Positions 14,501 through 26,500 of a stretch of 64,000 nt of DNA are shown here, one piece after another. Positions within the stretch are counted from its first letter, which is position 1; each line of letters begins with the position of its first letter. The notes beneath the pieces are model-generated. The model was not told where the DNA came from. It did not search any database and saw only the letters and a list, made by a program, of their open reading frames with translations. This stretch comes from Setoptus koraiensis (Eukaryota; Animalia; Arthropoda): contig CM106586.1 in assembly GCA_048013815.1 (NCBI GenBank), positions 22,692,001-22,756,000 of the forward strand, given 5' to 3'. The position numbers and the translations under genes were made by a program.

Positions 14501-17385
14501 CCACACACTGGCGGCAAGGCCGAGATTAGGTCAGCAACAGGTTGCCGGTGGCTGCTATTTCGGTCGCCTCGGCTGCTGCTGCCTCGGCTGCTGTGTCCAC
14601 TGCTGTGTGTCCACTGGTGTGCGTCGGCAAGCTCGCCGTCGCGTTCGGCGCCAGCTAATCTGATTAGCCGCAGAGGCCACTAACGACTCGCCGGCTGACC
14701 GAGTGCCCGAGTGATGGGCTAATTAGTTAAGAGACCGCTTGGCGCAGCCCGAGCGGCCGGCCGTTCATGGTCAACAGTCGGGCATGGTCGACAGTCGGGC
14801 ATGGTCAACAGTCGGGCATGGGCACACAAATGTGAGCGCATAAACGAATGAATATATAAATTGGACGCATGCATAATCCGCAGGATAGGCCCGTGAGACC
14901 GAAGGCCGGAGAAAGCGAACCATTGCGCTGATGGCATGACGCAATGGAGCAGATCGCATGCAAACACACTACGTCAAAGGTATGCGAAAAGGTACGACGG
15001 TGCCGAGACGAGCGAACAGGTTGCCGTATCAAGGTATCAAGGTCCACGAAGGTGAGTTAGAAAGTTCACGCAAACACACTCGGCTCGAGCGACTCGAGCC
15101 AGCGATTCAGCGCGTACGGCCATGCCGTCGGCCGACAACTGAATCGACACTATCAAAAACTATCGAAATGAGACTGCGAATCATAGTGAGAACTAAAATT
15201 AAATCAGAGCCAGAATTAAAATTAAAATTGAATTAAAACTAAAATTGAAACGCAAACACTAATCTGCATTGGCCGCGATCATTAAAAATAATTACCATTA
15301 TCGGACCAACTATTTATATGTCAGCAGCGCTTATCTAGATCAAGTCAAGGCCTTGGCGCTGCCGCCGGTGTCCGTCGATGGTCGCATCTATGGCAGCGCT
15401 GCGTCCATCGTTGGCCGGCTCGACATTGGCGGCTCGACATTGGCGGCTCGACATTGGCAGGCTCGACATTGCACTGCTGGCCATTCGATGGCGACGCTCG
15501 CCAAAATCGCCACCGACTAACTGGCCGAAAGTGGCTCACCCAACGACCGACACTGACCAGTGCTGCTAATGGATACTCTGATAACTCTGGCCGCTGCCGT
15601 GTAGCCACCGGAGGCCAGACTCGTCACTCGATTTGCATCGCGCTGCACCATCCATTTGCGCCGTGCCGCATCATCCATTTGGCGACTATCGGCGCCCATC
15701 CGAAACTATCATCACCTCGCGGCGCAGTTCGGGCCGGCCGACAGGTGAGCCGGGCGTACATGTTGCGAGCATATGCATGCATTGTAACACACATATATAT
15801 ATATGTGAGGCAGTTAATCATCTTCTCATTTACTTATTGCCTGACACACTAACGCAAACACCAACGGCGGCAAGCACGACAAGCGCGCCAACAACACCAG
15901 TCGGCTGCAGCGGCAACAACAGCAACGACGACAACAACAACAACAACGACAACAACAACGGCAACAACAACGAGAAGCAACGACAACAACAACAACGACA
16001 ACAGCGGACAAGAGTCAACAACGGCGAGCAGCAGCGAACAACAGCGAACAAGCGTGAACAACAGTGAACAACGAGTTATGAGGAGCAACAAAAAGGCAAA
16101 CATTACATAAGCATTATAAACTGGCATTGCCGGCAACAAGTGACTGCAGAGTCGACACTCGCTACTGCAGCAAGAGGCTCGCCGCAACAACAACATCAAC
16201 AACAACAACAACAGGCAGCAGCGATCAGCGATTCAGTCGAAAGAGATAATAGTAATAACACAATATTAGTAATAATAATATTGCCGCCGTATGATAATAT
16301 ACATGTAGGCATGTTTGTGTGTGTTTGTGTATGCGGTTGGGGAAAACGGTCTAGCCAGACAGCGCTAGCCAATAAATAAAAAACGATTTCAACAAAAATC
16401 TCGCTTCTCGCTGCAGCATAGGCAGCCTTGGAGAAGTGGCGCCAGAAAGCCAAGTATCCATGTCAGTGGTGGAAGCAACAGCTAACTTTGAGTGCACCAA
16501 CTAATGGCATTTTCTAACAACTATGTGCAAGTTCCATGAATTATCATCAAGTATCATCATCATCGGTGGTCTCGGCGCTCGCAGTATCCTCATAGACTAA
16601 TAACGAATAAAGAATGACACACAGTCAATACAGTCTGATATTTATCTTCTTTTTGTAACATCGCACCAGCCGAAATACCGGCTAAATCAAGACAACAAGC
16701 ATCAATCGACAATTCAATCATCATTTTCAATTTCGAAAATTGAATTTTCACTAATTTTCAATTTTCGCTGGCTGCGCAAACAAATCAAAGCAGCAGTTGA
16801 TCGGAGGAGGAGCAAAAGAAGAAGAACAAATCACAAGTTTATGTATCACTATAGATAGATATTGTTGTAATTGTGTTTTTATGATAATTTAAACCGTCAT
16901 CAAGTCATTACATTCAGCAGCGATTTGCAGAACAATTCAAACGTAAAACAATTAGTTGTTGCAAGTGCCAACGTCAGTTGCAAACAATTTGCAAACTGTT
17001 GCAGGAGCAAACAAACTTATTGTTGTCAGACAATAACACAAACTCATTGATTGAGCCGCTTACACACATCGCATCCGACCATTAGAATCGTCAAGTCTCA
17101 ACTACAACCGCCACTACTGTATCAACCACTCGACTGTTTGTTGTTGTTGCGCAACACCAGCAACAGCAACAACGCACACACACCAGATCGACAACAGCAG
17201 CAGCAGCAACAACAACAACGACAACAGCACCGACAACAACAACGACAACAACAGCGATATAAAGCAAGCGTATCATCACATTGGCAGTGTTGGGTGGCAC
17301 AGTACACACAACAGCAACAACAGCAACAGCGGCAACAGCGACAGCAACGAAAAGTTTCAATTCACTACTGTCTTATCACCACGCC

Positions 17386-20300
17386 ATGCACACAGGTGAA
17401 CACCTACTATCCATGCTGTCTGTCTCATCATCGCCGTCGTCGTCAACCTCAGCCCCGCCAGTGCCGCCAATTGTCAACCCGATAAATCTAACAGCCAAAT
17501 CATCATCATATGTGCCAGTTATTTTGACAGCAACTTCGTTGCAGGCCAATATAACTACCACCACCAACAACAACCACGCCACCACAAATACGCTACACGA
17601 CAAGCTGAGTGGTGCCAACAACTTGCAAATTCACCATCCACACCACCATCACCACCAGAACGACCACCACCAACTCAGTCATCACCACTATCAGCGCCAA
17701 TACGATGCCCAACAGCAACAACTAATTGCAGGTCACCCTCTTCAACATCGTCAAGAAGATGATTTGTCTCGACAACAACAGCAATTTGAATACGACAACA
17801 CTACAACACTAGCGAACAACATGGCATTTGCGCGCGACGCCATCATACAACACTTAGAGACTCATTACAGTTACTATATCTATCTGACAATATTTATAGG
17901 CATCTTAATTTATTTCATCTACTATTTCACATTAATCGCACAGGTGAGTATTACTACTCGTGCATGCCACTGTCAAAACTAATACTGTGTGTTATGCTAA
18001 TCATCGTCATGCTGACTGTTATATTGTTACTGTCGATCGACATCCATCCCGTGTCCAGAGGCCTAAACTCATTACGAACGGCGGATCCAAGTTTGGTCAG
18101 TTCGTGAAAGACAATTTCAACGATGTACTCAGCAGACCATTCTATCCCATCTTTTTCTGGTGGGGCTGCAACTTTCAGACGGCTCTCTTCGGCTACATGC
18201 AGGGCATGACAAGCGAGCTGCCAAAAGAAGCGTAAGTAAACTCTTTATTTATTTTGACATTTGCATTGATTATGTAATGATTGTAAGTGAGTTGGATATT
18301 TGAGAATTGTCATGTTAAAAAACAAAACAAAAGAACCGTTCAAAGTTGGCGCCTTTCTGCGAGTGCTGTCCTATAGTGACCTGGGCGCATTCGATCAGCG
18401 CACCCCCTATAAGAGTTGAGGGCCGATTTTCCAACGCACGCTACACATTTTCGTCGCCGGTAAGCCACCGGTGTAAATCCGTTGTATATATTTGTATTTA
18501 TCCGTTATTATTGTTGATTTATCATTGATTAATTTGCATAATATTGCATAAAATCCAGATTTTTGCGCCAATATTTGGACGTGTCAGATGAGCAATATTA
18601 CGTGTCCAATGTGGATCTGAGCGAGTTCTTTCGAGACGATGTCGTGCCATTGCAGAGCAAATTCAGTCTGGCAAACGTTCAGAAGACCGCAGCCAATAAA
18701 GGCCAACAACAGTACAGACAGAACCTGGCCAACATCAATGGCGATGATAATGGCTCGTCGTCATCAGCAAACAACTCTAAATCTATTACCGTCGAAGGTT
18801 TGCAATCGCCAGTAACAACAACTAACAACAAACAGTCTGCGCCTTGCAAAAACATTGTTGTGTTAAAACCCGATAGCTGTCCGTCGTCACTAGTGAAGAA
18901 TTGCCAAATGAATTTCTCTCAAGAATCAATTATTATATCCAATAATTCACAATCAGACATGGAATTAAGTAACTCTAAGCCGTCTAGCCGGCTCTCGTCA
19001 TCGCTGTCGTCATCGCTGTCCTCCATGCAAGATGATTCTGGCATTGAGACAGTCAAATATCATCATCGTTACGATAGAGATCAATTAGACAACATAGATA
19101 GATACAATAGCAATCAATCTGATGATAGCAGTGCTGCTAGCAAGGATAGTGATAAGGATTCAAGATCAACAACAAAAGAACACGTATATGTAGACAATAT
19201 AAATAGACATAAACATGATAATAACGCCAATAGTGCCAGTAGTAGTTGCAGCGGATCTAAGATGTGTGTCACAACGACTGCCGTTGTGGATAATTTAAGA
19301 GAGAATAAACGAAAGAATTTTATTGATTCAGCTAAAATATACCAACAACAACAGCGACAATCAATGCAAAGAAACGCGTCGGCATCATCTCCGTCGTCGT
19401 CGTCGTCCTTATCTACATCTGAGGCACCCCAGTCAGAGTCTTGTCGGATAGATATCAACAGCAGTTGTCAAACTGACGGTTGCGGATGCATGCAAAACTT
19501 GTACACGCCTAGGCACCAATTCATTGAGGTAAGTTTAATGAGCAGAAAGTTAAACAGTTGAACAAAGAAAGTGTTGATCGACACTTCTTTTTTTTTCAAC
19601 TAAAACCTAGTACCCTAAGCTTCTTGTGTAATAATAATCTTAACTCGTACAATCGAGCTGCTTTGACTGTTTGCTGCTGTTTGCTGGTTAACCTTGTTGT
19701 GCATCATCTCTAATTTTACATTCAAACACTTTTGCCCATCTATCATACATCGGCTCATTAACGACCCATTGAACTATTACCATAATAACAACAACAATAA
19801 TAATACTAACTACTACTATTCAAAGTATGGACAATGCGCTTTAGATTGGTTCAAAATAAGCCATAAAAATTATCATGATAATCAATTAGTGGCCCTAATC
19901 TCAGCGGGAATGACTACAGGTAGCGACAAGATTTACGTAACTGAAACTGCTAAATGTTTGAACGAACTTGGTTATGAGTGAGTACGATTGATTCTTAGCT
20001 ACAACAATCGCTATTATCCTTCTTTTTCTTCTTGTAAACACTCTATCAATATCCAATGATCACTCTCACATTGGATCGACTGTCGTCGATTGCCTTGTGC
20101 AGCTGGCTGAATATTGTTGACCTAAGCATTCCTAGATTCAGCTAACAATCAATATTTCAGCGATAATGATTTCATTCGTCGCTTGATCTTTCTAATTATA
20201 GTTTTCTCTTTCTCCTTGCTCATTTCTTAACCGAAAAAAAATATGTAATTTAATGTTTCAAAATCATTTATTTGCACATACACCGATAGAGTATGTGTAT

Positions 20301-22249
20301 TTATACGACGAGGAGTCGGAGGCTTGACGGTGAGTAAAAGATATGACGGCAACCTTTCAATCATAGATAAGAGCAAGAGAAGAGGAGAGAATAAAGGCAA
20401 GCGTGAAAACCTTGATCTGATAATTACCGGTATCAAGTTCGAGCGCGTTCTATCATAGCGGAAGAAGGATCTTGTGAGAGTCATTGCGAATGTCATAGCT
20501 TAAAAGTTGCTAATTGCGTCCCGAGCTATCGGTATTGGTGGCAAATATTGTTATTGATATTCATGGTCTCGATTGAGCAAGATATGATTGATATTTATAA
20601 AAAAAACGAGAATGTATTATTGAAAATGAAGATTAAATTACATGTTAGCCTATGTATTGTCTCGTTGTTTGGTATAACGGCCTGATTATCTCTCAATTGA
20701 CCAAATGAGGAAACTCAAAGGGTTCAATAGTCAAAAAGACAGACGGCGTATGTGTTGCCTGAGAAAAAAAGAGTGTGTGAAAGAAGGAGAATGAAGGTGA
20801 AACATTTCATAAGCTTAATTGCTGAGAAAAGGAAGGGTCGACAGGTTATGTCTGTATTTGCTGATACTAAAGTTTATCTTGGTGAGAGTGCAGCAAACAA
20901 TGAGTGCACAGTAAAGAGCTGCAACAACAATGACACTGATCAAACCTTTGATTTCTATCATTAGCCAGCCATCATCGAGACTGGGAGAAAGTGAGGGAGA
21001 TACGTTTAACAAGTCTAATTACACATAAGTTTTGTTATTACAAACATTCACATTATACTAATATTATTGGTAATCCACCAATCCTTCTCTCATTGCCTCC
21101 CCAAATTTGTTGTCTGTCATCAGCTCAAGAGTGCCAGGTTCTTTTCTCCAACCAAATGGAAAGATTTCGAAGCTGCTGTTGATTCAATCAAGCTACAAAG
21201 ACCAAATGCCAAGATAGTTGCCATCGGATTCTCTTTTGGTGCTTTAGAGTTGTGTAGATATTTGAGTATGACGGGAAATAAGTCGTCAGTCAGTGCAGCT
21301 ATGTTGATCTCATGCCCATACAATCCTGTAAGTAAACTACTGTGTTCTATTCAGCAAATTATGTACAACAACTAGTACATAATTCAATACAAACAAACGA
21401 GTTACGTATGCAATATCATCACACTCTGACATAAACAAACAAACCTATGAACCTTAACCTATCTATCTGTCGATCTATTATCGTTAACTTGTTTTCTCAA
21501 TGGCTGTACTTTCAAATGGATAATTACCTGACAAATAACAAATTGTTGTGATCACCCTGTGCGCTACCAATGAATCATTGGACAATATATTACATGTTTA
21601 TTAAACGTTTATTATTTATATATATATGTATATACGTAATATATGTTATGCTACCGCTTTAATTTGTTGCTGATAACGTAATCGCCGCACCGATCTATAT
21701 GATTACTAATTAACCACCTAGGAGGCTGGTGGCAGGAATATGCGCAAGACTTTCTTAAATAGATGCATGGATACATATTTGGCCAGATATTTAGGAAAAA
21801 TGTTATATTTACCATTAAAAAATAAAGCCACACTAGATGGTAGTAGATATCAGCTGGATTTCAGTGTTCTGCCAAAACTTCAAAGTCTTTATGACTTTGA
21901 GATCAACTTTAATAGGATAGTTCAATATTACCCAACAACAGAAGCCTACGCCAAAGATAGTATCTTAAATGACGTTATAGCAAACATTCAAGTTCCTACT
22001 TTATGTCTAAGTAGTTGTGATGATTTCATGGCAACCAAGCAAATGCTACCATTAGCCCAATTGTCTAGACATGATAAAATGGCCATGATATTGACAAGAC
22101 ATGGTGGTCATATGGCCTTCGTGGATGGTATCTGGCCTAAAGCTCCGTTCTTAGGTCAACGCGTGATTACACGATATTTGAAGGTACTGAGGCATTCGCC
22201 GTATCTCAATCAGCATCCAACAAGATGGAAAGCGAGTGATAGTAGCTGA
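17386..22249 (+). CDS. ABHD1/ABHD3-family (YheT-like) alpha/beta hydrolase, ~874 aa; exons 17386-17943, 18059-18231, 18559-19528, 19826-19977, 20290-20329, 21124-21327, 21722-22249
   Basis: All junctions are GT-AG and phase-compatible (total 2625 nt). N-terminal TM segment (YIYLTIFIGILIYFIYYF), FYPIFFW...QT, ALDW, GMTTGS, FIRRG, nucleophile GFSFG, acid DD (SCDDF) and GGH match the family layout. TACTAAC branch point at 19804-19810. Start codon uncertain. Confidence 0.88.
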
Positions 22250-23501
22250 ATAAAAAACAACAGCAAATGCACAAAAATAATCAGTGACAGTAGCTTGATC
22301 AAAAGTAAATTTAACGGAGGCTCCAAAGTGAACAAGCTTCAATCTTAACTTTTTATTCTATATACATAAACATAGATATATATTGTATCATAATTATCTA
22401 ATGCTCTCATTTCCATCCATCTTATATAATGTAATAATTATAAAATTATAAATTAAATGTGATAATTCTACACGGAAGCGAGAATATAACTAGTTGACGT
22501 TAATTAATGCAATTATTCGACTTTGAAGCTCAGTTGCATCTCATTAGGGAAGGCCCATAATTCTCTCTCTCTCTCTCTCTTTCCCTCTTGTCGGATGTCT
22601 CTGCCATGTAAAAGTTTTTGTTTTCTCTCGATTAATATTTACCTGACCATGGTGTTTTATGGCGTTATTTGCAAACGAGATTGAGTTGACAAACATGCGT
22701 TATTTGTAGTCTCAATCGATGGAGCCAGTTGCGAACCAAACCTAAGTCAATACCAATCTCCCTTTCACTCTCAAGGTGTCTCCTTCCTTGATCACGATGA
22801 CTGTTCTTCCTGAATAACAACTAATGCAAACTGATTCAGTGAAACCACCCAGCTATTCTGTCGGACATAGGAAGAAGTACAATTCTGAGAGAAATTTATA
22901 ACTTTGCAAACAGGATGAGCATTTTCGTCATCTTGATTAATTGCTTATTTATTGCGCCATCTGTCAGTGAGCAGCGTGTACATGCTTTTCTATCACATGT
23001 CAACCGCTAACAAATAAATCGTAAGTCAGACAGTATTTGCAACAATGATTGTCTGGATTCGGTTGCTTCCATTACAGGTGCCAATTTGCTCATGTAAACT
23101 TCCGATGGATAAACGTAAATATGTGTATATTTGACGTATGTCAGCCGTTGACGCTGTCAGTTGTTTGAGACATTTATATTCAATAATATTGTTTGATGGT
23201 TGAGTCCTTTTCCAGCGAAACCTTCTCCAAACAAAGGTGTCTTGACAATGGATATCCAATAGGGAGCGTCACGTGATTTGAAAGAGTTGTTGGAGTCGAC
23301 GGGAGAAAGACGACTTTTTCTTGACTCGTGTTCCCACAACGGATGATGAGCTGCCTTTGTGCTGGATTTGTTAGTAGAAAAACAAAACTACAGTAGAAAT
23401 CAAATGATACTGAATGGGTCCAATCGATAATAATTCATTATAATCGGTGAAAATTCATTGGCCTATCACTGATATCAGTGTACGATTTACTGGCGAGCAG
23501 C

Positions 23502-26500
23502 TCAGTCGGGCACTGGCTGGCGCTGGTTGGGGCCAGTCAGCGGGTCTGTCAGCGGGTTTCTCCTGTTGTCTGAAGATGCGGGGGCGGCGGCGGCGGCGGG
23601 TGATTTGACAACAGTGAGAGATGATAGTTTTGAGGAGCAATTGTTAGGGGGCGCTGGTGACGAGGAGGAAGAAGAAGAGGACGACGACGACGACGAAGAC
23701 GAGGAACGGGTCGACGACGATGAGCCACGGGACGACGACGACGACGATGAAGATGACGACGACGACGACGATGACGACGACAATGGCGACAACATTGCCG
23801 CCTGGCTGAGAGTTGGCTCAACGGAAGTGGCGCTGGCGCTTGTGTTGGCGGCCGAATATTTGAGGCGCTTCTGTTTCTGGCGCTGATTGCAAAACCAAAC
23901 TCTAACGGTGTTCTTTTTCATGTCCAGTCGCTGGGCAATGGCCGATATCTTTTCGCCTGTTGGCCTAGAATTAATGGCAAAGTATGCCTCTAATGAGCGT
24001 TTCTCTGACGACGCTATAGAGGTGCGCTTGCGCCGGTCCGAATCGGGCAGCACGTCCTCGCCCTGGCTGGCCGTCTGTTGACCGGCACCACCAGCAGCTG
24101 CTGTATTGTATTGCTGCTGACTTCCGGTCAAGTCTTGAGAGCGCTTGTTGGCCGCTGGCGCAACGTACTGCTGCTGCCCGTCTGGCGTTTGCAATTTGGC
24201 GCGCTTGCCATTGTCACAAATGAGATAGCCGTCTAGTGAGACAGACTGATTGTCCGACGATTGTCTGGACGCTTGCGCGCCCTTGAGCCTGGCCTGATGA
24301 TTGTAATTGCTGGAATTGTTGTCTGAAATTGCATTGTTGGCCTTATTGTTGTTGTTGTTGCTGTTGTTGACGTTGGCGCGGTTAGAATTGCTGACCGCTG
24401 ACGAGGAGCCCTGATGATGGCTGTCGGTGGCGTGATTGAGCAGCCGATCCGCGTAGGCCGACTGCAACAGACTGTTGTTGCCGTTGTTGCCGGTGTTGTG
24501 CAAAAATGACAGCTGACCACAACTGTCGCTGTTTGTATCACTCATTTGTGTGGTCGATGTGGCCGAAGTTGGCCTCGTGTCGATCATGCTGCTGCTGTCC
24601 ACAAATTGCATGTGGCCTGATGCGGGCACGACCAACTGGTCAACTCTGTTATCATTGGGCCTGTCGTTGTTGGTGGCGCCGGCACAATACGAGCTAGTGT
24701 CGTTGGTGTCGTGGCTCGTTTTGGTTGCCGACTCACCTAGGTCGCCGTGCACATCGGGCGCCACGTCAGCTTTGTCTTTGTTGCTGTTGACTTGACAAAC
24801 TGCGGCGGCTTGTATCGACTTCCGGTCTACTGAGTTAACCAGCAACAAGTTGTCTGCTGTGCTCGTTTGCTGTCTGCTGTTTGTGTGACGCTCAGTCGCT
24901 GTTTGTGTTGCGTCACCATGTGTCGTGCCACCGGTCAGTTGTGCAGTGGACAGTGTTGCAGTGTTGGCAAATGGGTCACTATCAGTGTCGCCGGTTTTGC
25001 TAATATTATCAGTATTTAGCAGCAGCACCGACGTGTGATCGGAGCCACCGATATCGAGCAGGCTTCTGGTGACAATATTGTCAGTTTGTAGCGTCTCTGT
25101 TGTGGCGTCATTGCTTTGATTTGCGTTTGTGTCTGTGGCGCGAGTTGTTTGGTCGAGCTGGCTTGTCGTGTTGCTCGGTGATGCCGCTTGTTGCGTCACT
25201 TGGTGGTGGTCAGCGTAACTGGTCAGTTGTTTGTATTGGTCGTGCTGTTTTTGGTGCATGACAGCGTCGCTCACAATGAGCGTGTAGTATCCAGTGTTCG
25301 TTGTTGTTGTTGTTGTTGTCAGTTGTTGCTGACCTTGCTGATCTAGGTACTGTCTTGTTATTGGATTGTCGGCTGGCGCTTGTGCGTATGTTGCCGCCGG
25401 TCGCTGTTGATCGGCGCCGCCGCCGAAATTGACCCCGTTGTCCCGTAGCAAACAATTGACAGTGGCCACTTGCTTGCCATTCGATATTTGGTTTGTCATT
25501 ATTGAACTTCCGGTTGCTGCTGTCATAATGGGCTGTCCTGTGTCGGTTTGTGCATAGCTTACGCTGCCCCCAACAGCTGACTGCTGCTGCTGCTGACAAA
25601 ACGCGTGCTGCTGCTCGTGCTGCTTGACATGCTGTGATTTATGGCCCGCCGTTGAGTGCCTGTCAGTGACGCTGTTGCGATCACTGGCCGCCAGCGGTCG
25701 CGCTGTCACACCCATGTGACAGTCGTGTGTCAGCTGATTGCTGACATGCTCGTCAGCTGATCGCTGACTGTTGTTGTTGTTGTTGTTGCTATTAGTGTTG
25801 TTATTGTTGCTATTAATGTTGTTGTTGTTGGCTGCTGCCGACTGGTTGTTGCTGTTGAGAGGGGCGCCCGTGGCGCTGAACGCGGAGCTGGTTCGCGCCT
25901 TGCGCGCCTGGTACTCGGCCGCCTCGAGCCAGGCCTGCAGAATGGGCCTGAGCGCAATCATGTTGTTGTGCGACAAGGTGAGCGATTCGAATCTGACAGT
26001 TGCGGCATTGGGGCCCATGTTTGGGTTAGTGAGAGATTATTCAGAGGTTAATTCAGAGATTGTGTTGAAGTGAGAGAGTCGTGCAACGGTTAGCGCCGGT
26101 TACGTAACATGTACGGCGACTGTCATGATCGCCGACGAGTGACGGGATAGGCAGCGACGCCCACGCATACTCACCTGCATATGGTACTCTGCGACAGCGA
26201 GCCCACGCCGGGCAGCTTCAGGTTGGCCAGCGCCTTGCCCACGTCCGCTTGCGTCACGCCCAGCTTGATGCGGCGCTGCTTGAAGCGCTCGGCAAACTCC
26301 TCCAATTCGCTGGGCTTCACGTTGTTGTTTGCGATGTGTTGCTGGACTTGGCCGGCGGGTCCCGTGGCGCCGGGCTTCACGTTGTTGCTGCCGGCGCTGA
26401 CGGGCGTCGATTGGCACGATATCGGCGCGTTGGGCACGTGAGCCGTCGAGTAGTTAGTGGGGCCGGGCTTGCTCAGCGGGACACTCGCAACGCTGGCCTG

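Noticed and set aside
16730-16862. TTCGAAAATTG, TGCGCAA and TATAGATAGA upstream of the ABHD gene, echoing the eEF2/RpS24 module
   Set aside because: Spacing differs, and the TGGCGCTAGT and CGGAARCAGCGTGAGT blocks are absent; probably chance.
22634-22660. TTTACCTGACCATGG resembling the U1 snRNA 5' end
   Set aside because: Downstream sequence lacks U1 stem-loops and an Sm site.
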